DNA of 64,000 nucleotides from a virus (lineage: Duplodnaviria > Caudoviricetes). Position numbers and translations under genes: made by a program. The stretch is taken from IMG/VR virus record IMGVR_UViG_3300027278_000003. One strand, given 5' to 3'. Below the pieces are notes generated by a model. It ran no database searches, was not told the DNA's origin, and saw only the letters and a program-made list of their open reading frames with translations. This document shows, piece after piece, positions 1-9,987 of this stretch. Numbering within the stretch: the first letter of the stretch is position 1; every line of letters begins with the position of its first letter.

Positions 1-29
1 ACATCATAGAAAAGCGGAGAATATATTAT

Positions 30-1964
30 ATGGGCGTTCTAGAAAAGTTTACCAAAGTTTATGCTAGTAAGCAAGAAGATGAAATGTCAATTGCTGAATA
101 CTTAGAACTTTGTAAGACAGATCGGCTTGCATATGCTACAGCGGCGGAGCGTATGCTACAAGCAATCGGTGAACCTGAAATTGTTGACACAAGTTCAGAT
201 CCACGACTAAGCCGTATCTTCTTAAACCGTACTATTAAAGTTTATCCAGCATTCAAAGATTTCTTTGGAATGGAAGAAACAATTGAGCGCCTGGTCGCTT
301 ATTTCCGACATTCTGCACAAGGTCTAGAAGAAAAGAAACAAGTACTTTATCTTCTTGGTCCAGTTGGTGGTGGTAAATCATCACTCGCAGAGCGTTTAAA
401 AGAACTAATGGAAGTACATCCAATCTATGTACTAAAAGCAGGCGACGAACTATCGCCAATATTTGAAACTCCTCTAGGATTGTTTGAACCAAAGCAGTTC
501 GCAGCAGACCTAGAAGAAGAATATGGTATCTCAAAGCGTTATATCAACGGTCTACTTTCACCGTGGGCAGTAAAGCGTCTTGATGAATTTAGTGGTGATA
601 TTACAAAGTTCTCAGTAGTCAAGATGTACCCAAGTAAGTTGAAGCAAATTGGCATCATGAAAACTGAACCCGGTGATGATAACAACCAAGACATTTCATC
701 ACTAGTAGGCAAGACTGATATTCGTAAACTAGAATATTTCTCACAAAACGATCCGGACTCATACGCATTCTCCGGTGGTCTCTGCCGAGGCAACCAAGGT
801 ATGATGGAGTTCGTTGAAATGTTCAAAGCACCAATTAAAGTGCTTCACCCACTACTTACTGCAACGCAGGAAGGCAACTACATGGGGACAGAAGGCATTT
901 CAGCTATTCCATTCAACGGTGTAGTAGTTGCACACTCTAACGAAAGCGAATGGGAAGCATTCCGCAACAACAAGAACAACGAAGCGTTCTTGGATCGTGT
1001 TTACATTGTTAAAGTTCCATACTGCTTGCGCACAGATGAAGAAACACACATCTATGCAAAGATGCTACAGTCTTCTGGTCTAGACAATTCGAAGTGCGCA
1101 CCTCACACACTTGAAATGCTTGCACAGTTCACAGTTCTGTCACGTTTGAAAGAACACACAAACTCAAATCTTCCAGCGAAGATGCGAGTGTACAATGGCG
1201 AAAATCTACAAGATGTTGACCCAAGAGCAAAGACGATGCAAGAATATAAAGATGTTGCAGGTGTTGATGAAGGTATGAGTGGTATTTCTACTCGTTTCGC
1301 TTTCAAAATTCTGTCACAGACATTCAACTTTGACACAAATGAAGTTAGTGCAGACCCAGTACACTTGATGTATGTTCTAGAAACCGCAATCAAGCGTGAA
1401 CAATTCCCAGAAGAAACGGAGCAACGTCTTCTTTCATACATCAAAGACTATCTAAGTGTTCGTTATGCAGAGCAAGTAGGTAATGAAATTCAGAAAGCAT
1501 ATCTAGAAAGTTATAACGAATATGGACAGAACTTGTTTGATCGTTATCTAGATTATGCGGATCACTGGATTCAAAATATTGATTACAAAGATCCCGATAC
1601 CGGTAACCTCTTTGATCGTTCAATTCTAAATGAAGAACTTGAAAAGATTGAAAAACCAGCTGGCATCGCAAATCCAAAAGACTTCCGTAATGAAGTCGTT
1701 AATTGGGTTCTTCGTGCGCGAGTTAAATATGACGGTAACAACCCACCTTGGACTGCATACGAAAAGATGCGTGAAGTTATCGAAAACAAGATGTTCGCAG
1801 GAACAGAAGAACTACTTCCAGTTATTTCTTTCGGCAGCAAAAAGTCAAAAGAAGAAGAACAGAAGCACAACGACTTTGTTTCACGCATGATCGAAAAGGG
1901 TTATACCGGGCGTCAGGTAAAACGACTAGTAGAATGGTATATGCGCGTACAAAAGTCTAACTAA
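30..1964 (+). CDS. yeaG: PrkA/YeaG family AAA+ ATPase / serine kinase
   Basis: Walker A GPVGGGKSS and YeaG-typical motifs (KTEPGDDNNQDIS, EFVEMFKAPIKVLHPLL); first gene of the canonical yeaG-yeaH-ycgB trio. Confidence 0.95.
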   Translation: MGVLEKFTKVYASKQEDEMSIAEYLELCKTDRLAYATAAERMLQAIGEPEIVDTSSDPRLSRIFLNRTIKVYPAFKDFFGMEETIERLVAYFRHSAQGLEEKKQVLYLLGPVGGGKSSLAERLKELMEVHPIYVLKAGDELSPIFETPLGLFEPKQFAADLEEEYGISKRYINGLLSPWAVKRLDEFSGDITKFSVVKMYPSKLKQIGIMKTEPGDDNNQDISSLVGKTDIRKLEYFSQNDPDSYAFSGGLCRGNQGMMEFVEMFKAPIKVLHPLLTATQEGNYMGTEGISAIPFNGVVVAHSNESEWEAFRNNKNNEAFLDRVYIVKVPYCLRTDEETHIYAKMLQSSGLDNSKCAPHTLEMLAQFTVLSRLKEHTNSNLPAKMRVYNGENLQDVDPRAKTMQEYKDVAGVDEGMSGISTRFAFKILSQTFNFDTNEVSADPVHLMYVLETAIKREQFPEETEQRLLSYIKDYLSVRYAEQVGNEIQKAYLESYNEYGQNLFDRYLDYADHWIQNIDYKDPDTGNLFDRSILNEELEKIEKPAGIANPKDFRNEVVNWVLRARVKYDGNNPPWTAYEKMREVIENKMFAGTEELLPVISFGSKKSKEEEQKHNDFVSRMIEKGYTGRQVKRLVEWYMRVQKSN

Positions 1965-1973
1965 GGACTTATA

Positions 1974-3263
1974 ATGGCAAACACTATCATTGATCGAAGA
2001 AAAAATCCTGGCGGAAAAAGTTCAGGTAATCGTCAAAAGTTCATTAAAAGAACTAAAGATGAAATTAGAAAAAGCATCCACGAGTCTTTAGGCAAACGCA
2101 GCATCAAAGGTTCGGGGGACGATCAAGAAGTGGTCATTACTCGTAAAGGTATAAGTGAACCGCAATTCAATCACAAGAGCGATAGCGGTTCACGTGATAT
2201 TGTTCTCCCAGGAAACGAAGATTTCGTAGAAGGGGACTTGCTACAGAAACCAAAAGGTGGAGGCTCTGGTGGAGGCTCTGGTGAAGGGAAAGCAAGCAAT
2301 GAGGGCGAAGGCGAAGACGAATTTGGTTTTGCTCTCAGCAATGACGAATTTATCAATATACTTTTCGAAGACCTAGAACTTCCTCACATGATTAGCAAAG
2401 AGAACAAAACAGTAGAACGTTTTGAAATGTCTCGCAGTGGCTATACCAATGAAGGTAACCCCGCACAGCTAAATCTAGAACAGAGTATGATTAATTCAAT
2501 GGGTCGTAAGATCGCATTGAAAACGCCAAAGCTACGTAAGATACGTGAACTTGAAGCGATACTTGAAACTGAGGAAGACGAAGATAAGCGTTTAGAACTT
2601 GAAGAAGAAATTCGTAAACTACGAATTCGTGCAAATTCGGTAGCATTCGTTGATCCAGTAGATTTACGTTACAATAACTTTTCCAAGAAACCTAGACCTA
2701 CTTCACAAGCTGTTGTGTTTTTTGTTATGGACGTTTCTGCGTCTATGACAGAGTTTCATAAAGAACTTGCAAAACGCTATTTCATGCTATTGAACTTGTT
2801 TATTTCTCGCAAGTATAAGCGAGTAGAATGTGTGTTCATTAGGCACCACATTACTGCACGTGAATGTTCCGAAGAAGAATTCTTCAATCTCAGGGAAAAC
2901 GGTGGTACAACCGTAAGTAGTGCATTTGAACTTGCGAAAGATATTCTTAAAGATAGGTATTCGCCAAATGAGTGGAACATCTATTTCGCACAAGCAAGCG
3001 ATGGTGACAACTGGAGTGAAGACAACGAAAAATTGAAGAATATTCTGTCAAAAGATATTCTACCAATCACACAGTATTTTAGTTATATTCAGGTTGGTGA
3101 AATGCGTAAAGGTAGCTATTACGCGTCTGGTAACCTAATTGACGAATACAAGAAGCTAGAAAGCACACACAAAAATCTCATATCTAAGTATATTGAGAAT
3201 AGATCAGACATCTATCCAGTATTCCGAGAAATATTTAAGAAACAGGACGCAAAAGCTAAATGA
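1974..3263 (+). CDS. yeaH: YeaH/YhbH (DUF444) vWA-like protein
   Basis: N-terminal IIDRR..KS..NRQKF, Gly-rich linker, MIDAS-like DVSAS, YFAQASDGDNW. Confidence 0.93.
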   Translation: MANTIIDRRKNPGGKSSGNRQKFIKRTKDEIRKSIHESLGKRSIKGSGDDQEVVITRKGISEPQFNHKSDSGSRDIVLPGNEDFVEGDLLQKPKGGGSGGGSGEGKASNEGEGEDEFGFALSNDEFINILFEDLELPHMISKENKTVERFEMSRSGYTNEGNPAQLNLEQSMINSMGRKIALKTPKLRKIRELEAILETEEDEDKRLELEEEIRKLRIRANSVAFVDPVDLRYNNFSKKPRPTSQAVVFFVMDVSASMTEFHKELAKRYFMLLNLFISRKYKRVECVFIRHHITARECSEEEFFNLRENGGTTVSSAFELAKDILKDRYSPNEWNIYFAQASDGDNWSEDNEKLKNILSKDILPITQYFSYIQVGEMRKGSYYASGNLIDEYKKLESTHKNLISKYIENRSDIYPVFREIFKKQDAKAK

Positions 3264-4759
3264 GTAATCTACTATACACCGGTACACATTGGGACTTCGA
3301 CAAACTTTATAGCGTCATGGATGCGTGTGAAGAAATCGCAGTCAACGATATGGGACTAGATTGCTTCCCAAACCAAATTGAAATTATCACAGTAGAACAG
3401 ATGCTTGATGCTTACAGCAGTGTTGGCATGCCGCTAATGTATAATCATTGGAGTTTTGGTAAGAGTTTCATCGGAAACATGCAACAGTATCGCAAAGGCC
3501 ACATGGGCCTTGCATACGAACTTGTTATTAATAGTAATCCTTGCATCAACTATTTGATGGAAGAAAACTCTATGACTACGCAGGCACTTGTTATTGCACA
3601 TGCTGCATTCGGTCACAATCACTTCTTTAAGAACAACTATTTGTTCAAGCAGTGGACATCGCCTGATGCCATTGTAGATTATCTTGTATTTGCTAAAAAT
3701 TATATTCGTGAATGCGAAGAACGTTACGGTGAAGCACTCGTTGAGGAAACTCTTGATGCTTGCCACGCAATTCAATATCAGAGTATTAACAAGTATAAGC
3801 GTCCTACGAAGTTGAACGCAAAACTTGAAGCAGAAAAACAACGTGAACGTAGTCAATATCTACAATCGCAGGTGAATGACCTTTGGAGAACAGTACCAAA
3901 GAAAGAAGAAGATAAGAAAGCAGAAAAACGAGTATGGCCAAGTGAACCAGAAGAAAATCTACTTTACTTCTTAGAAAAGCATTCTCCGGTACTTCGTCCA
4001 TGGCAACGTGAGATTTGTCGCATTGTTAGACGTATTGCACAATACTTCTATCCGCAATATCAAACAAAAGTTATGAACGAAGGTTTTGCAAGTTTCACGC
4101 ATCACTACATCTTCAATGAACTTTATAATCAAGGAAAAGTTGACGATGGTGCGATGATTGAATTCTTCAAATTGCACAGTGCGGTGTTGTATCAACCAAA
4201 CTTCAATTCAAAGCATTACAGTGGATTCAATCCATATGCTCTTGGATTTGCAATTCTAAAAGATGTACAACGTGCATGTGAGACACCTGACAAAGAAGAT
4301 GAAGAATGGTTCCCACATATTGTCGGAACTGATTGGCGCGAAACTATTCGTGACATTGTTGCGAATTATCGTGACGAAAGTGCAATTCGTCAATTCTTAG
4401 GTCCAAAAGTAATTCGTGATTGGAAATTGTTCACTCTGCACGATGAAGAATATTTTGACAACTATGTTGTTACAAGTATTCACAATGAAAAAGGATATCG
4501 TGATGTTCGTAAGAGTCTTAGCGCACAGTACGAAACAGCAGCGATGATTCCAGATATTCAGGTCACGGAAGCAGATATCACAGAAACACGTGAGTTGACA
4601 CTTACTCACCACAGTTATCAAGGTCGCAGATTGAATAAGAAAGATGCAGATCAAGTTCTTATCAATATTCAAAAGCTGTGGGGATACGATGTTAGATTGT
4701 ACAGTATGTACAACGATGAAACGTTAGATGTATATGAATGTAAACGTCTCATAAAATAA
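3260..4759 (+). CDS. ycgB: SpoVR/YcgB family protein
   Basis: YSSVGMP..Y.HWSFGK, AHAAFGHNHFFKNN, TKVMNEG motifs; ATGA overlap with yeaH. Confidence 0.95.
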   Translation: MSNLLYTGTHWDFDKLYSVMDACEEIAVNDMGLDCFPNQIEIITVEQMLDAYSSVGMPLMYNHWSFGKSFIGNMQQYRKGHMGLAYELVINSNPCINYLMEENSMTTQALVIAHAAFGHNHFFKNNYLFKQWTSPDAIVDYLVFAKNYIRECEERYGEALVEETLDACHAIQYQSINKYKRPTKLNAKLEAEKQRERSQYLQSQVNDLWRTVPKKEEDKKAEKRVWPSEPEENLLYFLEKHSPVLRPWQREICRIVRRIAQYFYPQYQTKVMNEGFASFTHHYIFNELYNQGKVDDGAMIEFFKLHSAVLYQPNFNSKHYSGFNPYALGFAILKDVQRACETPDKEDEEWFPHIVGTDWRETIRDIVANYRDESAIRQFLGPKVIRDWKLFTLHDEEYFDNYVVTSIHNEKGYRDVRKSLSAQYETAAMIPDIQVTEADITETRELTLTHHSYQGRRLNKKDADQVLINIQKLWGYDVRLYSMYNDETLDVYECKRLIK

Positions 4760-4760
4760 T

Positions 4761-4795
4761 AATAAAAGCCGCTTCAAAGAGCGGCTTTTATTTTT
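4761..4795. terminator. Bidirectional intrinsic terminator between convergent operons
   Basis: AATAAAAGCCGCT-TCAAAG-AGCGGCTTTTATT hairpin with A/T tracts on both sides. Confidence 0.85.
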
Positions 4796-4893
4796 ATCCA
4801 AAAATTATGTTCTAGTACTGGTATGGCGAACAACCAAGGTTTTTTATTTGGTAATGAAATAAAATCCCATTCTTCATCATTATAAGGCCACAT
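4774..4893 (-). CDS. Small protein, 39 aa (MWPYNDEEWDF...)
   Basis: Translated by hand; TAATG coupling to the upstream small ORF. Confidence 0.55.
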   Translation of the reverse strand: MWPYNDEEWDFISLPNKKPWLFAIPVLEHNFWIKIKAAL

Positions 4894-5048
4894 TAGTCTC
4901 TCAAACTTTTAACTTGCATCATGCAGTTTTTTGCTTCTGCATGATATCCTAGACGGGTTAGCTCACGTGCTGCACGTGCGTATCCTAGAATTTCAAATGC
5001 AATCTTTACTCTATGCCAAAATGATGGCTTATTGGAAATAGATGTCAT
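4893..5048 (-). CDS. Small protein, 51 aa (..GYARAARELTRLGYHAEAKNCM..)
   Basis: Translated by hand; ATGA coupling upstream and TAATG downstream. Confidence 0.7.
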   Translation of the reverse strand: MTSISNKPSFWHRVKIAFEILGYARAARELTRLGYHAEAKNCMMQVKSLRD

Positions 5049-5203
5049 AGTTTTACTCCAGATACTGGTTGTTTACCATTGATTAGTTGGTAGTAAGCAT
5101 ACTGCCAATCTTTACCATATTCTACTTTAGCAAGATTCATCAATTGATGTTCACGCATTTTACGGTCTTCTCTAATAAAACTCAAAAACTTTTTAAACAT
5201 CAT
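5045..5203 (-). CDS. Small protein, 52 aa (MMFKKFLSFIREDRKMREHQLMNLAKVEYGKDWQYAY..)
   Basis: Translated by hand; translationally coupled on both sides. Confidence 0.65.
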   Translation of the reverse strand: MMFKKFLSFIREDRKMREHQLMNLAKVEYGKDWQYAYYQLINGKQPVSGVKL

Positions 5204-5379
5204 TATACCCACCCGTTTAAATTTTTATTTTGTTGTTGCCATGGGGCTTGTCCACGATCCATCTGACGCACACGGCGTTCAAGATCAACTAGGTCTGTCG
5301 ATTCTGCCAAATATGCTTCTTTTATATCTTTATAATAATCACGGGCTGTAAACAGTCTTGAGAAAAATCTTTTAATCAT
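5203..5379 (-). CDS. DUF3563-like small protein, 58 aa
   Basis: EAYLAESTDLVDLERRVRQMDRG matches the DUF3563 pattern; ATGA overlap with the DUF1127 gene. Confidence 0.75.
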   Translation of the reverse strand: MIKRFFSRLFTARDYYKDIKEAYLAESTDLVDLERRVRQMDRGQAPWQQQNKNLNGWV

Positions 5380-5594
5380 TTGTATGCCTCCATTGCTACT
5401 GAACGGATCATACTGCGTGAAATGCCAATATCTGCAAGTTCACGGTCTGTTAGTTTGTTTAGTTCTTTAATAGCGATAGCAGTTGCACGGTCTGTGATAA
5501 TTTTGTCGCGTAGTGACTTGTATGAGGATATGATTGGGTCGAACACTGAACCCAGATCAAGAATTGCTACCATTGCTGTAACGAATTGTGTCAT
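5376..5594 (-). CDS. DUF1127 family small protein
   Basis: ELNKLTDRELADIGISRSMI signature. Confidence 0.85.
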   Translation of the reverse strand: MTQFVTAMVAILDLGSVFDPIISSYKSLRDKIITDRATAIAIKELNKLTDRELADIGISRSMIRSVAMEAYK

Positions 5595-5797
5595 TTTTTC
5601 TTCCTATATATATGTGTGTGTAAATAACGTATGCTGCATCGCAGCGTCTACTATTATTTATTACAATATAGCACTCCAAAACTCAATTTTCAACTGTTGT
5701 TAGCGCAATGCCGCCATGCGAGAAATGCATAGCACAATTAGTACTTGTAATACGTGTAGTGTTATGATATAATGTTTCTATTATTATGGAGGTAGAC

Positions 5798-6082
5798 ATG
5801 ACTACAGTATTTTGCGCAAAGTACAAGCAAGAACTCCCCGCGCAATCAAAGGCGCCGTTCCCAGGTGCGGCAGGAGTGGAAATTCTGAATACAATTTCAG
5901 AGAAAGCATGGAATGAATGGCTATCATTTCAAACAATGGTGATCAACGAAGAACGTCTTAATATGATGGATCCCAACGCACGTGCGTTTTTGACGGAATT
6001 ACGGTACAAGTTTTTCTATGAAGATGTTGAATTAGAAACACCAGAAGATTTTGTTGATCCTAACATTCCAAATTTGAGGTAA
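5798..6082 (+). CDS. yggX: Fe(II)-trafficking / Fe-S cluster protection protein YggX
   Basis: TVFCAK..PFPG..G.EI...ISEKAW..W...QTMVINE.RL; GGAGG SD before ATG 5798. Confidence 0.85.
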   Translation: MTTVFCAKYKQELPAQSKAPFPGAAGVEILNTISEKAWNEWLSFQTMVINEERLNMMDPNARAFLTELRYKFFYEDVELETPEDFVDPNIPNLR

Positions 6083-6997
6083 TTGATGCAGCTAAAAGGT
6101 AAAGTACTAGTGACAGGCGGCGCCGGGTATATCGGTACGGAGTTAGTGTCACAGTTAATAAGAGATGGATATCAAGTTTCGGTTCTTGATAAAAAAGAAA
6201 AACCGCAAGGATGGGAGCATATCAAGTATATCAAAGGCGATATACAAAATGCAGCAAAATGCGTTATGGCTTGTGCCGGCCAAGACTATGTTATACACTT
6301 AGCCGCAAAGCCTCGTATCCCTGAAAGTTTCATCAACCCAGATGATTATTACGACAATAACGTGACTGGTACGAAAAATATGCTAACTGCCGCAGCCGCA
6401 GTTGGTGTGCGAAAGTTTGTTTATGCGAGTAGTTCAAGTGTATACGGTAACAATCCCGCCCCGCACAAACCGTACCACAAACCTGACCCATTGAATTATT
6501 ATGCTATGACCAAGTTGTTTGGGGAGCATCTTTGTAAACAGTACAAGAATATGTTCGATTTGAACTACAATGTGCTTCGTTTCTTTACCGTATATTCAGA
6601 AGATCAGCCCAACACAAATGAAGGTGGTTTGATGATTGGTAAGTTTGCTCGACTAGCAAAAGAGGGTGAGCCTCTAACAATTCATGGTGAAGGGGATTAC
6701 ATGCGAGATTACGTACACGTGACCGATGTTGCACGTGCGTGTATTGCAAGTATGGAAAGCAAAGTAAAGAGTGAAATTTTCAACGTTGGTACTGGTACGA
6801 ATATATCAGTGAATGCTGTTGTAGAAATTCTTCGAAAGTATGCGCCTAATCTAGAGACTATAAATATAGATAACCCAAAAGGGTATGCTAAAGAGACTTT
6901 AGCAGACATATCAAAAATTAAAAAACTACTAGATTGGCATCCGACTGTTTCAATCGCAGACGGAATAGACAGGACTTTTAAGAATCTATTACAATGA
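6083..6997 (+). CDS. NAD-dependent epimerase/dehydratase (nucleotide-sugar, extended SDR)
   Basis: TGGAGYIG, ASSSSVYG, YxxxK (YAMTK), RDYVHV. Confidence 0.92.
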   Translation: MMQLKGKVLVTGGAGYIGTELVSQLIRDGYQVSVLDKKEKPQGWEHIKYIKGDIQNAAKCVMACAGQDYVIHLAAKPRIPESFINPDDYYDNNVTGTKNMLTAAAAVGVRKFVYASSSSVYGNNPAPHKPYHKPDPLNYYAMTKLFGEHLCKQYKNMFDLNYNVLRFFTVYSEDQPNTNEGGLMIGKFARLAKEGEPLTIHGEGDYMRDYVHVTDVARACIASMESKVKSEIFNVGTGTNISVNAVVEILRKYAPNLETINIDNPKGYAKETLADISKIKKLLDWHPTVSIADGIDRTFKNLLQ

Positions 6998-7899
6998 AAC
7001 ATGCAACATATCACACTAGAGAAAAACATAAATCAGAAACCGTATTGAAGTGGTCGATTGTACTACTTTCAATATTCATAATAATAGAAGTGTGGGGCTG
7101 GGTCATCACAAACTCACTTGCCCTACTAGGAGATGCTGGGCATTTGGCAACAGATGTACTTGCCTTGTGTGTTACTCTCTTCGGCTTCTATGTAGGCAAG
7201 AGGAAACCAACCGACGAATATTCTTATGGGTACAGACGTAGTGAAGTACTCGCTGCACTCTTTAATGCCATAGCGTGGTTTGTTCTATTCGGGTTTATTA
7301 TATATGAATCAATACGGCGAATAGTCCATGTTGAGGCAGTTGATCCTCTACCGATGATTGGCATTGCGGTTATTGGTCTACTAGCAAATATTGTAGTATT
7401 TAAATTACTACATGCCGGGCATTCGCATGACAATATAAACATGCGTGGAGCAATATTACATGTTCTCATGGATATATTCGGAAGTGTTGCAGCTATTGTT
7501 GCAGGTATAATTATATATTTTACAGATTGGTATTATGCTGATCCTATCATGTCTGTCATACTAGCAGGTATTATTTTACGTAGTGGTTGGGAATTATTAC
7601 GCGACAGTGTAAACATTCTTATGGAACGCAAACCGGATAACATAGATATTAAAAAACTCAAAGAAACATTAATGACATACGTAGACGATGTTATCGATGT
7701 TCATCATATACATATATGGGAAATATCAAGTGGTCAGGTTGCGGCAACACTACACATATCGCTAATTGATGGTGGTAGCTGCAATGATGCAATTTATAAT
7801 GCAAAGAAAACATTACATAAAGAATTTGGAATAGTACATGCAACTATTCAAGCGGAGCATGGAAATTGCCCAGACGAGGAATTATTTTATGACGTATGA
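6994..7899 (+). CDS. Cation diffusion facilitator (CzcD/ZitB-like) metal exporter
   Basis: SLALLGDAGHLATD, YSYGYRRSEVLAAL, NMRGAILHVLMD, VHHIHIW; six TM segments. Confidence 0.92.
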   Translation: MKHATYHTREKHKSETVLKWSIVLLSIFIIIEVWGWVITNSLALLGDAGHLATDVLALCVTLFGFYVGKRKPTDEYSYGYRRSEVLAALFNAIAWFVLFGFIIYESIRRIVHVEAVDPLPMIGIAVIGLLANIVVFKLLHAGHSHDNINMRGAILHVLMDIFGSVAAIVAGIIIYFTDWYYADPIMSVILAGIILRSGWELLRDSVNILMERKPDNIDIKKLKETLMTYVDDVIDVHHIHIWEISSGQVAATLHISLIDGGSCNDAIYNAKKTLHKEFGIVHATIQAEHGNCPDEELFYDV

Positions 7900-8401
7900 G
7901 TTAGTAAAAGAAACAGATCCAATATTGAAGCAGAAATGTCAAGAGCATATTATTTCAGAAGAAACTAAGGATTTAGTTTACAGTATGATTGTTACTATGC
8001 AAGAACACGATGGAATCGGTCTAGCGGCACCACAAGTTGGTGTAGCAGAACGCGTATTCGTTATTGGTCATCGTGACACTGGTTATGTTGTATGTATAAA
8101 TCCAAAGTGGGAACCAACCGAAGACAGTGAGGAAGAACTATTCCTCGAAGGGTGTTTGAGTTTTCCACATTTGCAGATGAAAGTAAAGCGTCATAACAAA
8201 GTGCGTTGTGAGTTTACAGACGTTAACGGTGTTAGAAAGACTTCTGAGTTTGTAGGTGTATGGGCACAGGCAATCCAACATGAGTATGATCATCTTGAAG
8301 GAGTCACATTCGATGAACGTGCGGGTTCTACTGCACTTTCTATTGCAAAATCTAAACGCAGAGAAAAGTTGAAGCGAATTGGAAGAAAATCAAAAAAATG
8401 A
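7889..8401 (+). CDS. def: Peptide deformylase
   Basis: GIGLAAPQVG, EGCLS, QHEYDHLEG; start refined to ATG 7889. Confidence 0.95.
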   Translation: MTYELVKETDPILKQKCQEHIISEETKDLVYSMIVTMQEHDGIGLAAPQVGVAERVFVIGHRDTGYVVCINPKWEPTEDSEEELFLEGCLSFPHLQMKVKRHNKVRCEFTDVNGVRKTSEFVGVWAQAIQHEYDHLEGVTFDERAGSTALSIAKSKRREKLKRIGRKSKK

Positions 8402-9297
8402 ATTGGGACGATTATACACTTTATAGTTTTGGGGATAGTTTTACATTTGGTCAGGGGTTAGTTGCCGAAAAATTTATTAACAGTGGTTTTTCTGAATTTG
8501 ATGATTATGCGGCAGAAACTCATAAACTTGCTTATACCAACAAGTTGAAAAACAAACTTGGCTTTAAAGCTGCTTATAATTTTGGAATACCTGCAGGTTC
8601 GAACCAACGGACGTATCAAGAACTGTTAAGATTTGTGTATAACACTCCTTCGGTATCAGCCGATAACAGTTTTGTTCTTATTGCACTTACATATCCATTG
8701 ACAAGAACAATGGTGGGGCACCAGTATGATGATAACCACTATTATGCAGATTTTACACAGACCGCATTTTTGCAAGGATTTCATCAATTATCAAAAATTG
8801 GTGATAATCGTATATCATTGTCGAAGAATGATTCATTTACAATATCTGAAATTTTATTTGACAAACTTGCCATGTTATATACATACGTACAAACTGTAAT
8901 GTCTATAAAAGTTCTGTTAGAATCTAGGGGATTAAAATATTATATGTTTGACCTGATGAATGACTTCGGCGAACATGACTATATAGAAAAATATAAAAAT
9001 CACAGCCTGCCTTCGAATTCATATCATAAGTATCAACATGATCGTGATACTTTGTTGAATACATTTAGTGATATGCTACAGCGAGGTGATTTTAAATATT
9101 ACGATTGTTTCAAATACACACTACCAGACAAACCGGGTATATATAATTATTTGTATTACATGTTCGATTATGCATTGCAATCCGGAGATGATTTTGTGTC
9201 TAAATACACTGTACCTGACGGTCATTGGAATGAGTTAGGACATGAACTTGCAGCAAATATAATATGTGAACGTATGAATTTATACGATTACTCTTAG
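8398..9297 (+). CDS. SGNH/GDSL-like hydrolase
   Basis: N-terminal FGDSFTFG, GSN, C-terminal DGHWN..GH. Confidence 0.6.
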   Translation: MNWDDYTLYSFGDSFTFGQGLVAEKFINSGFSEFDDYAAETHKLAYTNKLKNKLGFKAAYNFGIPAGSNQRTYQELLRFVYNTPSVSADNSFVLIALTYPLTRTMVGHQYDDNHYYADFTQTAFLQGFHQLSKIGDNRISLSKNDSFTISEILFDKLAMLYTYVQTVMSIKVLLESRGLKYYMFDLMNDFGEHDYIEKYKNHSLPSNSYHKYQHDRDTLLNTFSDMLQRGDFKYYDCFKYTLPDKPGIYNYLYYMFDYALQSGDDFVSKYTVPDGHWNELGHELAANIICERMNLYDYS

Positions 9298-9305
9298 GAG
9301 ACAGA

Positions 9306-9560
9306 ATGAACCATATTTACGCACAGTATGCGGCATACGCAAAAAAAGCAGTAAAAGAAAAAAACCCAAACAGAGTGTTGGGTGGGCTACGTGGTAGTGG
9401 TACCGAATCACTGACGATGGTAGCAGAAGATGGCAGCGAACAAAAGTTACCGTCAATGAACTATGTCCGAGGCCTGGAATCAAAGCTACGTGAGCAAGAT
9501 AAAAAAATTCAGCAGTTGGAACGACAGGTTCAAATGCTATTAAACGGAGAGAAACGATGA
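9306..9560 (+). CDS. Hypothetical protein with coiled-coil C-terminus
   Basis: ORF with SD, in operon. Confidence 0.65.
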   Translation: MNHIYAQYAAYAKKAVKEKNPNRVLGGLRGSGTESLTMVAEDGSEQKLPSMNYVRGLESKLREQDKKIQQLERQVQMLLNGEKR

Positions 9561-9763
9561 TTACATCATTGATTACTAATTGGATAAAAGAGCGCCTAGC
9601 AGAGCGTTCAACTTTTTACGGTGCAGTAATGGTTGCAGTAGGTGCAGCGATTATCGTCTTTGGTCCACTAACGAAAATTCTTGCATATTGTGCTATTGCA
9701 TATTGTGCTATTGCATATTGTGCTATTGCGTACGGTGCATACACAATGTGGCGTCAGGGATGA
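9557..9763 (+). CDS. Small membrane protein
   Basis: Two hydrophobic segments; ATGA coupling on both sides. Confidence 0.65.
   Translation: MITSLITNWIKERLAERSTFYGAVMVAVGAAIIVFGPLTKILAYCAIAYCAIAYCAIAYGAYTMWRQG
9681..9729 (+). repeat. 15-bp tandem repeat x3 (TTGCATATTGTGCTA), encoding AYCAI x3
   Basis: Exact copies at 9681, 9696 and 9711. Confidence 0.95.
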
Positions 9764-9987
9764 ATTGGTTAGAAATAGATCGTATTATCCTTAACTATAT
9801 GTCATTGCATACTGACAAAGATAAGTTGTATGCAGACATAAAAAAGAAGTTCAGTTGGACACAGCGACAAGCAGAAGTTGCAGTGGATCCACTATTGGTC
9901 AGATATGACTGGTTCAGCAAAAAAGTTGATAAAAAAGAAGCACCAAAAAAGAGCCATGTTCGCGCAAACAAACAGAAGTCTAAGTAA
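9760..9987 (+). CDS. Hypothetical protein with basic tail
   Basis: ATGA-coupled start at 9760 inside the predicted longer ORF. Confidence 0.65.
   Translation: MNWLEIDRIILNYMSLHTDKDKLYADIKKKFSWTQRQAEVAVDPLLVRYDWFSKKVDKKEAPKKSHVRANKQKSK

Noticed and set aside
253-4672. Numerous antisense and alternate-frame ORFs inside yeaG/yeaH/ycgB (and likewise throughout the window)
   Set aside because: Shadows of well-supported genes, without SDs or recognisable motifs
5380-5703. 107-aa plus-strand ORF
   Set aside because: Antisense to the DUF1127 gene, which has a clear family signature
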